A stretch of DNA of 64,000 bases. Origin: an uncultured Nitrospiraceae bacterium. Lineage in GTDB: Bacteria; Nitrospirota; Thermodesulfovibrionia; Thermodesulfovibrionales; SM23-35. A program made the translations under genes and the position numbers. The DNA lies in contig CAVSHB010000001.1 in NCBI GenBank assembly GCA_963727775.1, positions 160,001 through 224,000 of the forward strand, in the 5' to 3' direction. Of this stretch, positions 1 through 10,336 are shown one piece after another. The notes beneath the pieces were generated by a model that saw only the letters and a list, made by a program, of their open reading frames with translations, made no database searches and had not been told where the DNA came from. The stretch's first letter is position 1. Each line of letters starts with the position of its first letter.

Positions 1-226
1 CTTTTTTCTTGTTGATATAGGCGACGGCGTCTTTTACTTTCATGATCTTCTCAGCATCTTCATCAGGAATCTCAATTCCGAAAGCCTCTTCAAATGCCAT
101 GACGAGTTCAACTGTGTCCAGCGAATCCGCCCCGAGGTCTTCGACAAAAGACGCCTCAGGGACAACCTCCGATGAATTCACTCCCAATTGCTTTGAAATG
201 ATCTCTTTTACCTTTTCTTCTATCAT
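1..226 (-). CDS. acpP: Acyl carrier protein (3' end runs off window)
   Basis: Manual translation [16 protein letters not shown]...[32 protein letters not shown] with the DSL phosphopantetheine motif. GGAGG RBS upstream; follows fabG. Not in the ORF track. Confidence 0.96.
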   Translation of the reverse strand, partial: MIEEKVKEIISKQLGVNSSEVVPEASFVEDLGADSLDTVELVMAFEEAFGIEIPDEDAEKIMKVKDAVAYINKKK

Positions 227-311
227 TCATACACCTCCAAATTAAATTTTCAAATTTTAAAGTCCAAATTGCAAATTTTGAGATTTGAGTTTTATATACG
301 ACATTAAACCG

Positions 312-1046
312 TCACATATACATGCCGCCATTTACATGTATCACCTGCCCCGTAATATAATCGGAATCGGGGGAGACAAGATAAATGACCGCACTTGCAA
401 CATCTTCAACTGTGCCGAACCTTCCTAAAGGGATGAGTTTCTTCATATCTTCTTTTATATTTTCCGGCAGGACATCGGTCATCGCTGTCTCTATAAAGCC
501 GGGGGCGACAGCATTTACCGTTATCCCCCTGCCTGCATATTCTCTTGCTATCGTCTTTGTAAATCCGACAATACCGGCCTTTGACGCGCTGTAATTTGCC
601 TGTCCGGGGTTCCCCATAAAAGCGGCTACAGATGTAATGTTTACAATCCGCCCGTATCTCTGTTTGGCCATATCCTTTATCGCTTCTCTGGAACACAGGA
701 ATACTCCCTTCAGGTTAACAGCCATCACGGAGTCCCATGCGTCTTCCTTCATTCTCATTAAAAGCCCGTCTTTTGTTATTCCGGCGTTGTTTATCAATAT
801 ATCAAGCCTGCCGAACTCCTTGCGTATCTCCTCAAATACCTTTTCGACCTCTTCTGACTTCGATACATCGAGCTTCATCCCCAGAACTCTGGCCCCGGTT
901 GCCGACAGGGAAACCGCAACCTCATTTGCCGCAATAAGGTTTCTACCCGCAACAACCAGATTTACTCCTTTTTTCGCCAGTCCTTCGGCAATCGCCTTGC
1001 CTATGCCGCGCGTTCCGCCCGTAACCAATCCGACCCGGCCCTTCAT
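312..1046 (-). CDS. fabG: 3-oxoacyl-ACP reductase
   Basis: SDR motifs TGGTRGIG, NNAGIT and YSASK; adjacent to acpP. Confidence 0.96.
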   Translation of the reverse strand: MKGRVGLVTGGTRGIGKAIAEGLAKKGVNLVVAGRNLIAANEVAVSLSATGARVLGMKLDVSKSEEVEKVFEEIRKEFGRLDILINNAGITKDGLLMRMKEDAWDSVMAVNLKGVFLCSREAIKDMAKQRYGRIVNITSVAAFMGNPGQANYSASKAGIVGFTKTIAREYAGRGITVNAVAPGFIETAMTDVLPENIKEDMKKLIPLGRFGTVEDVASAVIYLVSPDSDYITGQVIHVNGGMYM

Positions 1047-1289
1047 AACAATACCACTTCCTCCTTAAAAAACTGGTTTTAATTTTAACAAAGTACTCTT
1101 CTCTTTTCCAGTCTTTATTTGTAGTAGCCTGTTTAAGGATACCCGTAAATCATTGTAATATTCATTAATTTATGTTAATAATATTAGTTAATTGCGCCAA
1201 GAGCTGCCCTGAAAATGTGGCCATTTTTCGGGTTCCTGTTCAGGTAAAACTGCATAAATCAAAATCTTTAAATTATAAGGGAAAATTGT

Positions 1290-2525
1290 ATGAAAGGTAA
1301 AGTATATCTAATTGATGTAACAAACAGGGACGGGGTGCAGACATCCCGGATATTGCTCCCGAAACTCTCCAAGACCATGTTGAACATCTATCTTGACGAG
1401 ATGGGTATCTACCAGAGCGAAATCGGTTTCCCAACTCTAAAACACGAGATCAATTATATAAATGCGAATCTGGAGCTGGTAAAACTCGGGGCGATAAAGA
1501 ATATCCATCTTGAGGGCTGGTGCAGGGCGATACCCGAAGATGTGACACTCAGTTTCAAAAACTGCCCCGAACTTAAACATTTAAACATCTCTATGTCGAC
1601 ATCAGAGATAATGATAAAAGGAAAATTCCAGGGGAAAAAAACTTTTAAAGACATTATTAAGTCCCTTGTCGAGGCAGTCAGGACCGCGAGGGAACTCGGC
1701 GCAGAAACAGTAGGGGTAAACGCTGAAGATGCGTCAAGGACCGAACTCGACAGACTGATAGAATTTGTCATTGCCGGTAAGGAGGCCGGGGCAGACCGTT
1801 TCAGATATTGCGACACTCTCGGGACGGACGACCCGATAACCATATATGAGAGGACAAAAGCGCTGGCGCTTGCTACGAAGTTTCCCCTGGAAATGCATTG
1901 CCATAATGACCTCGGGATGGGGGAAGCCGTTTCCATAGCGGGCGCGCAGGGAGTGGTAGAAGCGGGGATTGATACATATATCAACACAACCGTCAACGGC
2001 TACGGTGAGCGCTGCGGCAACTGTGACCTCGTATCAACAATACTGGCGCTCAAATTCTCTCACGCCCTTAAAGACAAACTCCCTCTCGATGAGCGTGTCG
2101 ACCTTAAGAAGGCTTGGAAGATCGGTAAATATGCATCATACGCATTTAATATACCGATACCGATAAACCAGCCGGGTATCGGCTCAAACGCATTTGCGCA
2201 TGAATCTGGTATACACGCGGACGGAGCCCTGAAAGACAGACGCAACTATGAACTTTATGACCCCGAGGATGTCGGAAGGGGCGAGCCGGAACTCTCGGAT
2301 ACAGGGAGGGTAATTACAACGGGAGAGTACGGAGGCATCAAAGGGTTCAGGCATGTGTATGACAAGCTCGGCATCCATTTCCATGACGACAATGATGCAA
2401 GAAAGGTGCTTGAACTCGTCCAATATGCAAACCTCCACACTCAAAAATCGTTGACGGACGATGAATTAAGGCTCATCGCAAAATACCCCGAAGTGGTCCG
2501 TAAGATATTGACGGTGAATATATAA
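1290..2525 (+). CDS. DRE-TIM metallolyase (homocitrate synthase family), probably Re-citrate synthase
   Basis: [22 protein letters not shown] and AHESGIH motifs; stop overlaps the icd start. Confidence 0.8.
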   Translation: MKGKVYLIDVTNRDGVQTSRILLPKLSKTMLNIYLDEMGIYQSEIGFPTLKHEINYINANLELVKLGAIKNIHLEGWCRAIPEDVTLSFKNCPELKHLNISMSTSEIMIKGKFQGKKTFKDIIKSLVEAVRTARELGAETVGVNAEDASRTELDRLIEFVIAGKEAGADRFRYCDTLGTDDPITIYERTKALALATKFPLEMHCHNDLGMGEAVSIAGAQGVVEAGIDTYINTTVNGYGERCGNCDLVSTILALKFSHALKDKLPLDERVDLKKAWKIGKYASYAFNIPIPINQPGIGSNAFAHESGIHADGALKDRRNYELYDPEDVGRGEPELSDTGRVITTGEYGGIKGFRHVYDKLGIHFHDDNDARKVLELVQYANLHTQKSLTDDELRLIAKYPEVVRKILTVNI

Positions 2526-3601
2526 TGTATAGCATTACATTAATTCCCGGAGACGGCACAGGCCCTGAGATATCCGAGGCCACAAAAAGGGTCATTGAAG
2601 CAACAGGGGTCCCCATTACGTGGGACATCCAGGAAGCAGGACTTGAGGTCTTTGAAAAAGAAGGGACGCCCTTACCGCAAAGGGTCATTGATTCTATAAA
2701 GAAGAATAAGGTGGCTATTAAGGGGCCTATCACCACGCCTGTGGGGACAGGGTTCAGGAGCGTTAATGTGACTCTCAGACAGACCCTTGACCTTTATTGC
2801 TGCCTCAGGCCGTCCAGGACATATAGAGGGGTCAGGACGAGATTCCAGGACGTCGACCTTGTCATAATCAGAGAAAATACTGAAGATTTATACGCCGGCA
2901 TTGAATTTCAGAAGGACTCCGAAGGTGTGAAAAGAATTATCGGCTTAATTCATGAATTAACGGGGAAAAGCATCAGGACCGATTCAGGTATCAGTATTAA
3001 GCCTATTTCCGTTTTCGGCACAGAGAGGATTGTCAGGTATGCCTTCGAATACGCAAAAAGAAATAAAAGGAAAAAGGTCACCGCAGTCCATAAGGCAAAT
3101 ATAATGAAATATTCCGACGGGCTTTTTCTTGAGACTGCGCGGGATGTCGCAAAAAGTTATCCGGACATCGAATTCGAAGACAGGATCGTGGACAATATGT
3201 GCATGCAGCTTGTGCAGAAACCCGAGCTCTATGATGTTTTGGTCCTTCCGAATCTATACGGCGACATTATTTCAGATCTGGCGGCAGGTCTTATCGGTGG
3301 GCTCGGGGTTGCGCCGGGCGCGAACCTCGGGAAGGAATACGCCGTCTTTGAGCCTGTGCACGGCAGTGCTCCGAAATATAAAGGGTTGAACAAAGTGAAT
3401 CCATTGGCTATGATACTTTCAGGTGTCATGATGCTGAAACATCTGGGAGAGTTTAAAGCCGCTGAAAGACTGGAAACCGCCGTTTCTTCCGTCATAGAAG
3501 AAGGGGAAAACGTGACCTATGATATGAAGCCTTTGCCTGAGGACCCGACAGCCGCAACAACATCACAGATGGCGGATGCGATAATCAAAAAATTAATCTG
3601 A
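2525..3601 (+). CDS. icd: Isocitrate dehydrogenase (isocitrate/isopropylmalate dehydrogenase family)
   Basis: [38 protein letters not shown] and EPVHGSAP motifs. Confidence 0.85.
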   Translation: MYSITLIPGDGTGPEISEATKRVIEATGVPITWDIQEAGLEVFEKEGTPLPQRVIDSIKKNKVAIKGPITTPVGTGFRSVNVTLRQTLDLYCCLRPSRTYRGVRTRFQDVDLVIIRENTEDLYAGIEFQKDSEGVKRIIGLIHELTGKSIRTDSGISIKPISVFGTERIVRYAFEYAKRNKRKKVTAVHKANIMKYSDGLFLETARDVAKSYPDIEFEDRIVDNMCMQLVQKPELYDVLVLPNLYGDIISDLAAGLIGGLGVAPGANLGKEYAVFEPVHGSAPKYKGLNKVNPLAMILSGVMMLKHLGEFKAAERLETAVSSVIEEGENVTYDMKPLPEDPTAATTSQMADAIIKKLI

Positions 3602-3715
3602 CCCCTCATATGGTAAGCGACAGTCCACAAAAAATAGAACCTCCGAATAAATATAAAAGAGAATATTATTTTTTACAAAGTAATTTCGCACTCCGAAATT
3701 CACGAATAAATCCAT

Positions 3716-5026
3716 ATGTGGTCTGATATCCTTTTTATCATTGTTTTTATTCTCCTGAACGGTATCTTTGCTGCAGCCGAGATCGCGGTGGTTGCATCAA
3801 GGAAAACCCGGATTAAGCAGCTTATTGAAGAGGGCAATGAAACTGCCGTTATCCTGAATAAATTCAAGGAAAAGCCGGATAGTTTTCTCGCTACAACTCA
3901 GTTTGCGGTCACTCTTGTGGGAGTTCTTGCATCGGCAATCGGCGGCGCGGCGGCGATAAAAATTATTAAACCCGTCATCAGCGAGATTCCGTTCAAGCCG
4001 GTTGCAGCATACAGCGAGGCGATTGCTATCGGGTTGGTAACGGTCTTGATAACATATTTTTTACTCGTGTTCGGAGAGCTTATCCCAAAGTCCGTAGCCC
4101 TGGCCAACCCTGAAGGGGTCGGGCTAAAGACCGCAAAATTTATTGACGGATTTTCAAAGATAGCTGTCTTCTTCGTGAAGATACTGACATTCAGCACGAG
4201 TATGTTACTGAAGCCGTTCGGAAGAAAGACATTCACCGGAAGGGCCTACATCTCAGAGGAAGAGATAAGGATGCTGATACGGGAGGGCGGGGAGCAGGGG
4301 GTATTCGAACCTGCCGAACAGGAACTCATCCACAGCGTTTTCGAGTTCACCGATATGTCTGCGAAAGAGGTCATGGCGCCTTCGACACAGATGATAACAG
4401 TGCGGTTGAATACTCCTGTTGAAGACGTAAGGAAGATTATCACTGAGGAACAGTTCTCCCGTTACCCTGTCATAGGAAAAGACCTCAACGATATCAGGGG
4501 AATTCTCTATGCGAAAGATTTCCTGAATGCGTTTGCAAAAGGGGTGGCTGATATAAGAAAACTTATAAAGCCTCCGTTCTTTATCCCTGAGACGATGAAG
4601 ATAAGCAATCTGCTGAAAGAAATGCAGAGGAAAAGGGTCCACATGGCTTTGGTCATAGACGAGTATGGCGGGGTCTCGGGCCTCGTAACGATGGAAGATC
4701 TCCTTGAAGAGATAGTCGGAGAGATAAGGGATGAATACGACATCGAAAGCCCCGTAATCCAGATCAGCGAAAATATATTTTTGGTTGACGCATCCATTAG
4801 TATAAGGGATTTAAAAGACGATTATGAAATTGAAATACCGGAATCTACTGAATACGAGACCCTAAGCGGCTTTTTATTTACCGCCCTTCAAAAAATTCCA
4901 AAAGTGGGAGATATCGTTGAGATAGATGGTAAAAAGATAACTATATCCGAGATGGTGGGGCAGAGGATCGCTAAGGTGAAACTCGAAAACCTGCCTGAAA
5001 AAGAAGAGCCTGAAGAAATTCTTTAG
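3716..5026 (+). CDS. CNNM/CBS/CorC-HlyC family membrane protein
   Basis: N-terminal TM region with FGELIPK, a CBS pair (FSRYPV; DEYGGVSGLVTMEDLLEEIVGEI) and a C-terminal CorC domain. Confidence 0.92.
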   Translation: MWSDILFIIVFILLNGIFAAAEIAVVASRKTRIKQLIEEGNETAVILNKFKEKPDSFLATTQFAVTLVGVLASAIGGAAAIKIIKPVISEIPFKPVAAYSEAIAIGLVTVLITYFLLVFGELIPKSVALANPEGVGLKTAKFIDGFSKIAVFFVKILTFSTSMLLKPFGRKTFTGRAYISEEEIRMLIREGGEQGVFEPAEQELIHSVFEFTDMSAKEVMAPSTQMITVRLNTPVEDVRKIITEEQFSRYPVIGKDLNDIRGILYAKDFLNAFAKGVADIRKLIKPPFFIPETMKISNLLKEMQRKRVHMALVIDEYGGVSGLVTMEDLLEEIVGEIRDEYDIESPVIQISENIFLVDASISIRDLKDDYEIEIPESTEYETLSGFLFTALQKIPKVGDIVEIDGKKITISEMVGQRIAKVKLENLPEKEEPEEIL

Positions 5027-5064
5027 ACATTCTTTCCCGTTTTCTATTATAATTTACGTCTGCA

Positions 5065-5991
5065 ATGAAGAAAAAAGTGTCCATTATAGGTGCCGGTAAT
5101 GTCGGCGCTACAACCGCACAGCTCGTGGGCCAGTCAGGCATTGCCGATGTCGTCCTTTTTGATATCGTGGAGGGAATGCCTCAGGGCAAATCCCTTGACC
5201 TTGCCGAGGCCTGTGCGCTGTGGAATTCATCGTCCTCTATTACAGGTACAAACAATTATTCAGATACTTCAGGGTCCGACGTTGTTGTTATCACCGCCGG
5301 TTTTGCAAGAAAACCCGGGATGTCAAGGAATGATCTCCTTCATGCCAACGCCGATGTGGTCAGAAAAGCAAGCGCAGGCATCGCAAAGACCTCCCCGGAC
5401 AGTATCATCATTGTTGTGACGAACCCGATGGATGTTATGGCCCAACTTGCATGGAAGACGACCGAGTTTTCCTGCAGGCGTGTTATGGGGATGGGCGGCA
5501 TACTTGATGCGTCGAGATTTACTGCATTCCTCTCATGGGAATTGCAGGCGTCCCCTGAAGATATAAAAGCGATAGTGTTTGGAGGGCACGGCGATGAGAT
5601 GATTCCGCTCCCCCGATTTACTACCGTCAGCGGGATACCGATCACAGAGCTTCTGCCAAAGAAAAAGATCGATCTCCTTATCGAGAGGACAAGGAACGGC
5701 GGCGCTGAGATAGTGTCCTTGCTTAAATCAGGAAGCGCATATTACGCGCCTGCGGCATCCACGTTTCAGATGATAAAGTCGGTCCTTCTTGATGAGAAGC
5801 GTATGCTCCCCTGCGCTGCTTTCCTGAACGGTGAATACGGCATGAAGGACGTTTATATGGGCGTCCCTGTTATTTTAGGGGAGGAAGGCGTCGAGAAGAT
5901 CGTAGAGGTAAAACTTGCCAAAGAAGAAAAAGCGCAACTCAGGAAATCGTATGCCTCGGTAAAAAAACTAATCCAGAAATTATCGCTATAG
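5065..5991 (+). CDS. mdh: Malate dehydrogenase (LDH-like)
   Basis: [26 protein letters not shown] and GSAYYAPA motifs. Confidence 0.93.
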   Translation: MKKKVSIIGAGNVGATTAQLVGQSGIADVVLFDIVEGMPQGKSLDLAEACALWNSSSSITGTNNYSDTSGSDVVVITAGFARKPGMSRNDLLHANADVVRKASAGIAKTSPDSIIIVVTNPMDVMAQLAWKTTEFSCRRVMGMGGILDASRFTAFLSWELQASPEDIKAIVFGGHGDEMIPLPRFTTVSGIPITELLPKKKIDLLIERTRNGGAEIVSLLKSGSAYYAPAASTFQMIKSVLLDEKRMLPCAAFLNGEYGMKDVYMGVPVILGEEGVEKIVEVKLAKEEKAQLRKSYASVKKLIQKLSL

Positions 5992-6002
5992 ACGGAGGAG
6001 AG

Positions 6003-6416
6003 ATGGAGAGAACATTATCTATTGTGAAACCGGACGGAGTTAAGAAAAATGTGATCGGCGCAGTTATACAAAAGTTTGAACAGAAAGGACTCAGGATCGC
6101 GGCCTTAAAAATGCTGAAGCTTTCTAAAGACGATGCAAAGGGATTTTACATCGTGCATAAAGATAGGCCTTTTTACGAGAGTCTTACCGGCTTTATGTCG
6201 GAGGGTCCGATTGTGGTAATGGTAATTGAAGGGGACAACGCTATTCTTAGAGTAAGAGAGATTATGGGCGCGACAAACCCTAAAGACGCAGCCCCCGGCA
6301 CTATCAGAGCTGATTTTGCTTCAGACATAGAGCATAATATCGTCCATGGCTCCGATTCAAAAGAATCGGCTTCCTTCGAGATACCTTACTTTTTTTCTTC
6401 TCTTGAGATTCACTGA
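6003..6416 (+). CDS. ndk: Nucleoside diphosphate kinase
   Basis: [16 protein letters not shown] and NIVHGSDS motifs. Confidence 0.97.
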   Translation: MERTLSIVKPDGVKKNVIGAVIQKFEQKGLRIAALKMLKLSKDDAKGFYIVHKDRPFYESLTGFMSEGPIVVMVIEGDNAILRVREIMGATNPKDAAPGTIRADFASDIEHNIVHGSDSKESASFEIPYFFSSLEIH

Positions 6417-6483
6417 TTTATACTTTTTTTAGGAATATGACGCCTTGACAAGGATTCATATTTTTAGGTTAAATAGATTCGTT

Positions 6484-6558
6484 AGGCGCGTAGCTCAGTG
6501 GGAGAGCGCTTCCTTGACACGGAAGAGGTCAGGGGTTCAATACCCCTCGTGCCTACCA
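6484..6558 (+). tRNA. tRNA-Val(GAC)
   Basis: Cloverleaf: acceptor AGGCGCG/CGTGCCT, anticodon arm CTTCC-TTGACAC-GGAAG, T-loop TTCAATA, 3' CCA. Confidence 0.97.
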
Positions 6559-6619
6559 TAAAAAATCAATAACTTACCGGCCTTTACCATTTGCTCTACC
6601 CGTTAAATTGTGCTAATCG

Positions 6620-6717
6620 AAAGACATTGGTATCGATTACAATCCTATACACGCTTGCGAACTGCTCTTACTGCCGCCTGCACATCTGCCTCGATTTCCT
6701 TTGATGAAGTGCGCTCA
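6620..6717 (-). pseudogene. Remnant of an antitoxin C-terminus and PIN-toxin N-terminus
   Basis: Minus strand reads ERTSSKEIEADVQAAVRAVRKRV* and overlaps a GTG start giving VYRIVIDTNVF (PIN-domain start), which then loses similarity. Confidence 0.55.
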
Positions 6718-6719
6718 AT

Positions 6720-6754
6720 CCCCTCTTAAGCTAAGAGGGGGCAAGGGGGAGTTA
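6720..6754. repeat. Palindromic REP-like element, partial copy (CCCCTCTTAAGCTAAGAGGGG...GAGTTA)
   Basis: Same family as 7251-7300 and 9540-9589, in the opposite orientation; abuts the ATG of the DUF559 remnant. Confidence 0.8.
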
Positions 6755-6870
6755 TGGAGTTTTTAAGAAATGATTCACAATTAAAGCAACGCGCGACGAA
6801 TTAAGATGGAATCAGACTGATAAGGTTTTGGGATAATGAGGTGAGCTTGATATGCAGGGTGTTTTAAGTA
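6754..6870 (+). pseudogene. Internally deleted DUF559 (Vsr-like endonuclease) remnant
   Basis: Across frameshifts it reads MEFLRNDSQLKQR / ELRWNQTD, joined directly to IRFWDNEV / LDMQGVL. These are the N- and C-terminal DUF559 motifs with the middle missing. Confidence 0.6.
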
Positions 6871-6906
6871 ACCCCTCCTATCCTCCCCTTTGCCAAAGGG
6901 GAGGGA
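6869..6906. repeat. Palindromic REP-like element, partial copy (TAACCCCTCC...CTCCCCTTTGCCAAAGGGGAG)
   Basis: Starts TAACCCCTCC like the 7251 copy and has a central GC-rich hairpin. Confidence 0.7.
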
Positions 6907-6990
6907 TAAAAAGATGTAGTCCACATGAAAGCCGGAAGAACTCTTTTTCCGAAAGAATTTAAAACCGCTTAAAATACTATATCTGTCGAT

Positions 6991-9900
6991 TTAATGATCC
7001 AAGTTCATAAAACTTATAATCTCCTTTTCTAAATCGGCATAAATTTCATCAATGGCTTTCTGTATCTCTATGGTCTTCTGAATTGCAGTCACGATCCGGC
7101 AATAGGTTTGTATTTCATCAAGGGACAAAACCCTCTCTTTCCTGTCCTTCAGCCATTTATCACAGACCTGATAACCACCGATTTGATAGCTCCATGCTTC
7201 CCGTGATATGTTTTCAAAGTATTGCTCCTTATTGATATACACACGGCCTGTAACCCCTCCTTCGCCTCCCCTTAAATTAAGGGGAGGGTGGGTGGGGTTA
7301 TATTTCGGCTTATCAACTCTGTTATCTCCCTTTCCCTGAAACCGTGCAACAGGAGAATCAAGCTCCTGTGATTTTAGCAGGTGAAGGTTAACAAGTCTGT
7401 TTCCGTATTCAGACATCTTCTTGAATAGCTTATAGTCCTTAGTAAACGGCACTCTCGGAAAGTCTATCTTCAGGAACTCTGCATATTTTATCCTGTACGT
7501 CTCTGAATATAGAACAGCATATATGTAATAGAAGATTTCTTCAGGGGATATGTCTTTCTTATATGCTCTCGATAAGGATTTAAATATTTCAGACTTTATG
7601 TTCGGCTCTCTTGTCTCTCCATCTGCATGAAATAAGCCCTTCTTTTCTTTTAAGGAATAAAGATACAAAGGGAAAAAATAAGCATTATCCCGTGATGATA
7701 ATATAGTTTTATCTGTTATGAATTGTGATGCATAAATGTGCTTCCATTCAGGGTCTCTTAATCGTCTTGTCAAAGATAATCCTAAATTATTACTAAAGAA
7801 GTTCTGCATGATTTCAATTCTGTCTCTGTCAATAATGAACGGTAAATAGCAGATACTCCTACTATCAAAGGGGCGGTATGCATAGGTACGTATATGCTCT
7901 ATCCAATTGCTGTTCTTAACAGATTCTCTTGCACTCCCTATTTCAAAATCTGTTGTGGCTTTTAATTCAAGAGACTGAGCAACTAAGTCATCAGGTAAAT
8001 CACCTGTAAATATTCTCATCCTTTGTTTGATTCCTTCATCATCAAAACCGATTACAAAATGGTCTCTATGCGTTGTAACTCCAAACGAATCTTTCTCGAA
8101 TATTTCAGATATTGGGACAAATTGCTCGTATTGGGCTTGAAATGAAAAGTCTTTCTCGACAAAAAAGAAATAAGGCTCTATAGGTACCAGGATTTTCCAC
8201 TCTGTTGTATGAAAGTCAGATTTTCCTAAATAGCTGTATTTACTTTCTCTCAAACCGTGAACATCCTGATAGAAAACCCTGCAACCTTTTCCCTTCTTCT
8301 CTTTCTTAACGAATAGGGCAATGGATACACCCTGCTGAATATCAAAAACATTTTCATCCTTACTTCCATCAGGGGCTTTCTCTCCGATACGACTGTTACC
8401 GTGAAGATTCAGAATATAAATTTCATCGAAGCTATCAAGAAGCGTTTTCCTCATACCTCTGTGAATCAGTCCTGATAGATAGGAATTATTAGTTATCATT
8501 CCTATTATCCCTTTCCCGTCACGGTTAATCTTCCAATGTGCAAAACGGATGAATTTTATATAGTCATCAGACAAGGGCTGAATATTCCTTTCCGTTCTGA
8601 CATCCTGTTTGTAGACATTCATTTCATGTTCAATGAAAGCGGATTTATTAACTGAACTTACCGAATAGGGCGGGTTTCCCAATATTACTAATATAGGCTG
8701 TTCTTTCTTAACCTTTCCCGCAAGGTGCGATTCTTCAGACAGTGAAGCCATTCCCGGTAATTCTGTCTGTGCAAGTTCTTCCATCTCAAGGGTATTTGTG
8801 AGATACAGCTTTACCCTGTCATCCTTCTGCAACCTGTATCCTAATTCCTCAAGCAGGAAGGACATTTTCAAATGACCGATAGCATAGGGAGCCATCATTA
8901 ATTCAAAGGCATAGAAGTTTTTCAAGATATGTTCTTTGATGAAATTCTCCTTGGCTCCCTCTCCGTACTTCGAGACAAACTCATCAACTGCCAGTTTAGC
9001 GGTCTCTGCCAAGAAAGTTAACGTACCTGCGGCTGGGTCTAACACTGTCACGGTTTTGTCTGCGAATCCATCAGCTTTCTTAAACTGTTCCTTCAGGATG
9101 CTATGAACTGAACGGACTATGTAAGAAACGACAGGTTCCGGGGTGTAATAAACTCCCCTCATCTCTCTTGCCTTTGGGTCATACTGAGCAAGGAATGTTT
9201 CATAGAAATGCACAATAGGGTCTTTGCCCTTGCCCTCGTGAAAAAATTGATGTAACAGCTTGTGAATGTCCGTTACGGCAAGGATTTCTGATATATCATC
9301 GATAATCCATTCCATCTGCTGCGGTAGGTCTACAGACGATATAAACCTGAATATGTCTCTCAATATCCCTATGGTTTTTGGGATGCTTTCATACGCAAGC
9401 TTTCTGTTAAATCCGCTCTCTGAACGTGTTCGTGCCGCAAATAGTCCATAAGTAACGGTCTGCGCATAAAGGTCTGAAAATTCATCTTCTGTAAGACTGC
9501 TAATAAGATAATCTTTGAATGCCTTGTAGAATCCATGAATAACTCCCCCTTCGCCCCCTCTTAATTTAAGAGGGGGATGGGGGGCGTTATCCCCCGCCAG
9601 TGCCAAAGCGACTGTATCCTTTAGGAACCGTGTCCGTTTTGCAAGCTCTATTGCAAGGGTTTTTGCATCATAGACTTTCGGTATCGAGAAGGAAAAAAAC
9701 TTCTCAAATATCTGCAATAATTCAGCTTCTTTTTCTACAGGGGGCGCGGTCTTGATCTTACTTATCCAATAGGGTCTACCAATAAGGGCTTTATTAATCA
9801 ATACCCCATTACGGTAAAGCCTGAACTCAAGGAAATTGGTCAATATCAGATTAGGGAAAGTATGCAGGTATCTCTTTAGCTGTTCTGTATCCTCTATGCG

Positions 9901-10149
9901 GTCAAGATTCTCAATGGATGGATCTTTAGCCTCTATGTATCCGGTGATATGCTGCTTTCCATCCCACACCCTGAAATCAGGGTTTCCGCCCTCTGTCTTT
10001 TTAGGAAGAATGGTTATATGGATTATTTTCTTTCCGGTAGAAGTGCTGTATTCACTAAGAAGGTCTTTAAGGACGGGATAGTAGCTTTCTTCCCGTGCAT
10101 CTCCGTGAATGCTTACGTCTGCAATCTGCTTCAAATAGGTTTTCAGCAT
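6991..10149 (-). CDS. Single-chain restriction-modification enzyme (Type IIG/ISP-like: nuclease, N6-adenine MTase, specificity domain)
   Basis: N-terminal PDF...YIEAK (PD-(D/E)xK), GVYYTP, motif I LDPAAGT, motif IV GNPPY, and a C-terminal IGGYQV..KWLK typical of the type ISP specificity domain. No helicase motifs seen. Confidence 0.85.
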   Translation of the reverse strand: MLKTYLKQIADVSIHGDAREESYYPVLKDLLSEYSTSTGKKIIHITILPKKTEGGNPDFRVWDGKQHITGYIEAKDPSIENLDRIEDTEQLKRYLHTFPNLILTNFLEFRLYRNGVLINKALIGRPYWISKIKTAPPVEKEAELLQIFEKFFSFSIPKVYDAKTLAIELAKRTRFLKDTVALALAGDNAPHPPLKLRGGEGGVIHGFYKAFKDYLISSLTEDEFSDLYAQTVTYGLFAARTRSESGFNRKLAYESIPKTIGILRDIFRFISSVDLPQQMEWIIDDISEILAVTDIHKLLHQFFHEGKGKDPIVHFYETFLAQYDPKAREMRGVYYTPEPVVSYIVRSVHSILKEQFKKADGFADKTVTVLDPAAGTLTFLAETAKLAVDEFVSKYGEGAKENFIKEHILKNFYAFELMMAPYAIGHLKMSFLLEELGYRLQKDDRVKLYLTNTLEMEELAQTELPGMASLSEESHLAGKVKKEQPILVILGNPPYSVSSVNKSAFIEHEMNVYKQDVRTERNIQPLSDDYIKFIRFAHWKINRDGKGIIGMITNNSYLSGLIHRGMRKTLLDSFDEIYILNLHGNSRIGEKAPDGSKDENVFDIQQGVSIALFVKKEKKGKGCRVFYQDVHGLRESKYSYLGKSDFHTTEWKILVPIEPYFFFVEKDFSFQAQYEQFVPISEIFEKDSFGVTTHRDHFVIGFDDEGIKQRMRIFTGDLPDDLVAQSLELKATTDFEIGSARESVKNSNWIEHIRTYAYRPFDSRSICYLPFIIDRDRIEIMQNFFSNNLGLSLTRRLRDPEWKHIYASQFITDKTILSSRDNAYFFPLYLYSLKEKKGLFHADGETREPNIKSEIFKSLSRAYKKDISPEEIFYYIYAVLYSETYRIKYAEFLKIDFPRVPFTKDYKLFKKMSEYGNRLVNLHLLKSQELDSPVARFQGKGDNRVDKPKYNPTHPPLNLRGGEGGVTGRVYINKEQYFENISREAWSYQIGGYQVCDKWLKDRKERVLSLDEIQTYCRIVTAIQKTIEIQKAIDEIYADLEKEIISFMNLDH
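7251..7300. repeat. 50-bp palindromic element inserted in frame in the RM gene
   Basis: TAACCCC...GGGGTTA termini; central CTCCCCTTAA-A-TTAAGGGGAG; encodes NPTHPPLNLRGGEGGV. Confidence 0.9.
9540..9589. repeat. 50-bp palindromic element inserted in frame in the RM gene (second copy)
   Basis: TAAC...GTTA termini; central CCCCCTCTTA-ATT-TAAGAGGGGG; encodes NAPHPPLKLRGGEGGV. Confidence 0.9.
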
Positions 10150-10234
10150 TTTGCCTTATAGAATATACAATTCAGATGCATAAATAAAGTAAAGTGAAGA
10201 AAATGTGGTGGGCTAAACCATTCAGTTACAGGTA

Positions 10235-10288
10235 GTAGCCGCAACCTTTTGGGTTGCGTCATGAATGCAGGCTAACGCCTGCGGCTAC
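10235..10288. repeat. GTAG-type REP doublet (REPIN-like)
   Basis: GTAGCCGCAACCTTTTGGGTTGCG ... TGCAGGCTAACGCCTGCGGCTAC: two inverted palindromic units with GTAG/CTAC ends. Confidence 0.7.
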
Positions 10289-10336
10289 CAAAATTTCACC
10301 CCATATTAATCAAGGCTTTTTTCTGCTATTCGTGTT

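Noticed and set aside
240..300. CAAATT / TTTGAG short repeats between fabG and acpP
   Set aside because: Low-complexity intergenic repeat forming at most a weak hairpin; no evidence of more.
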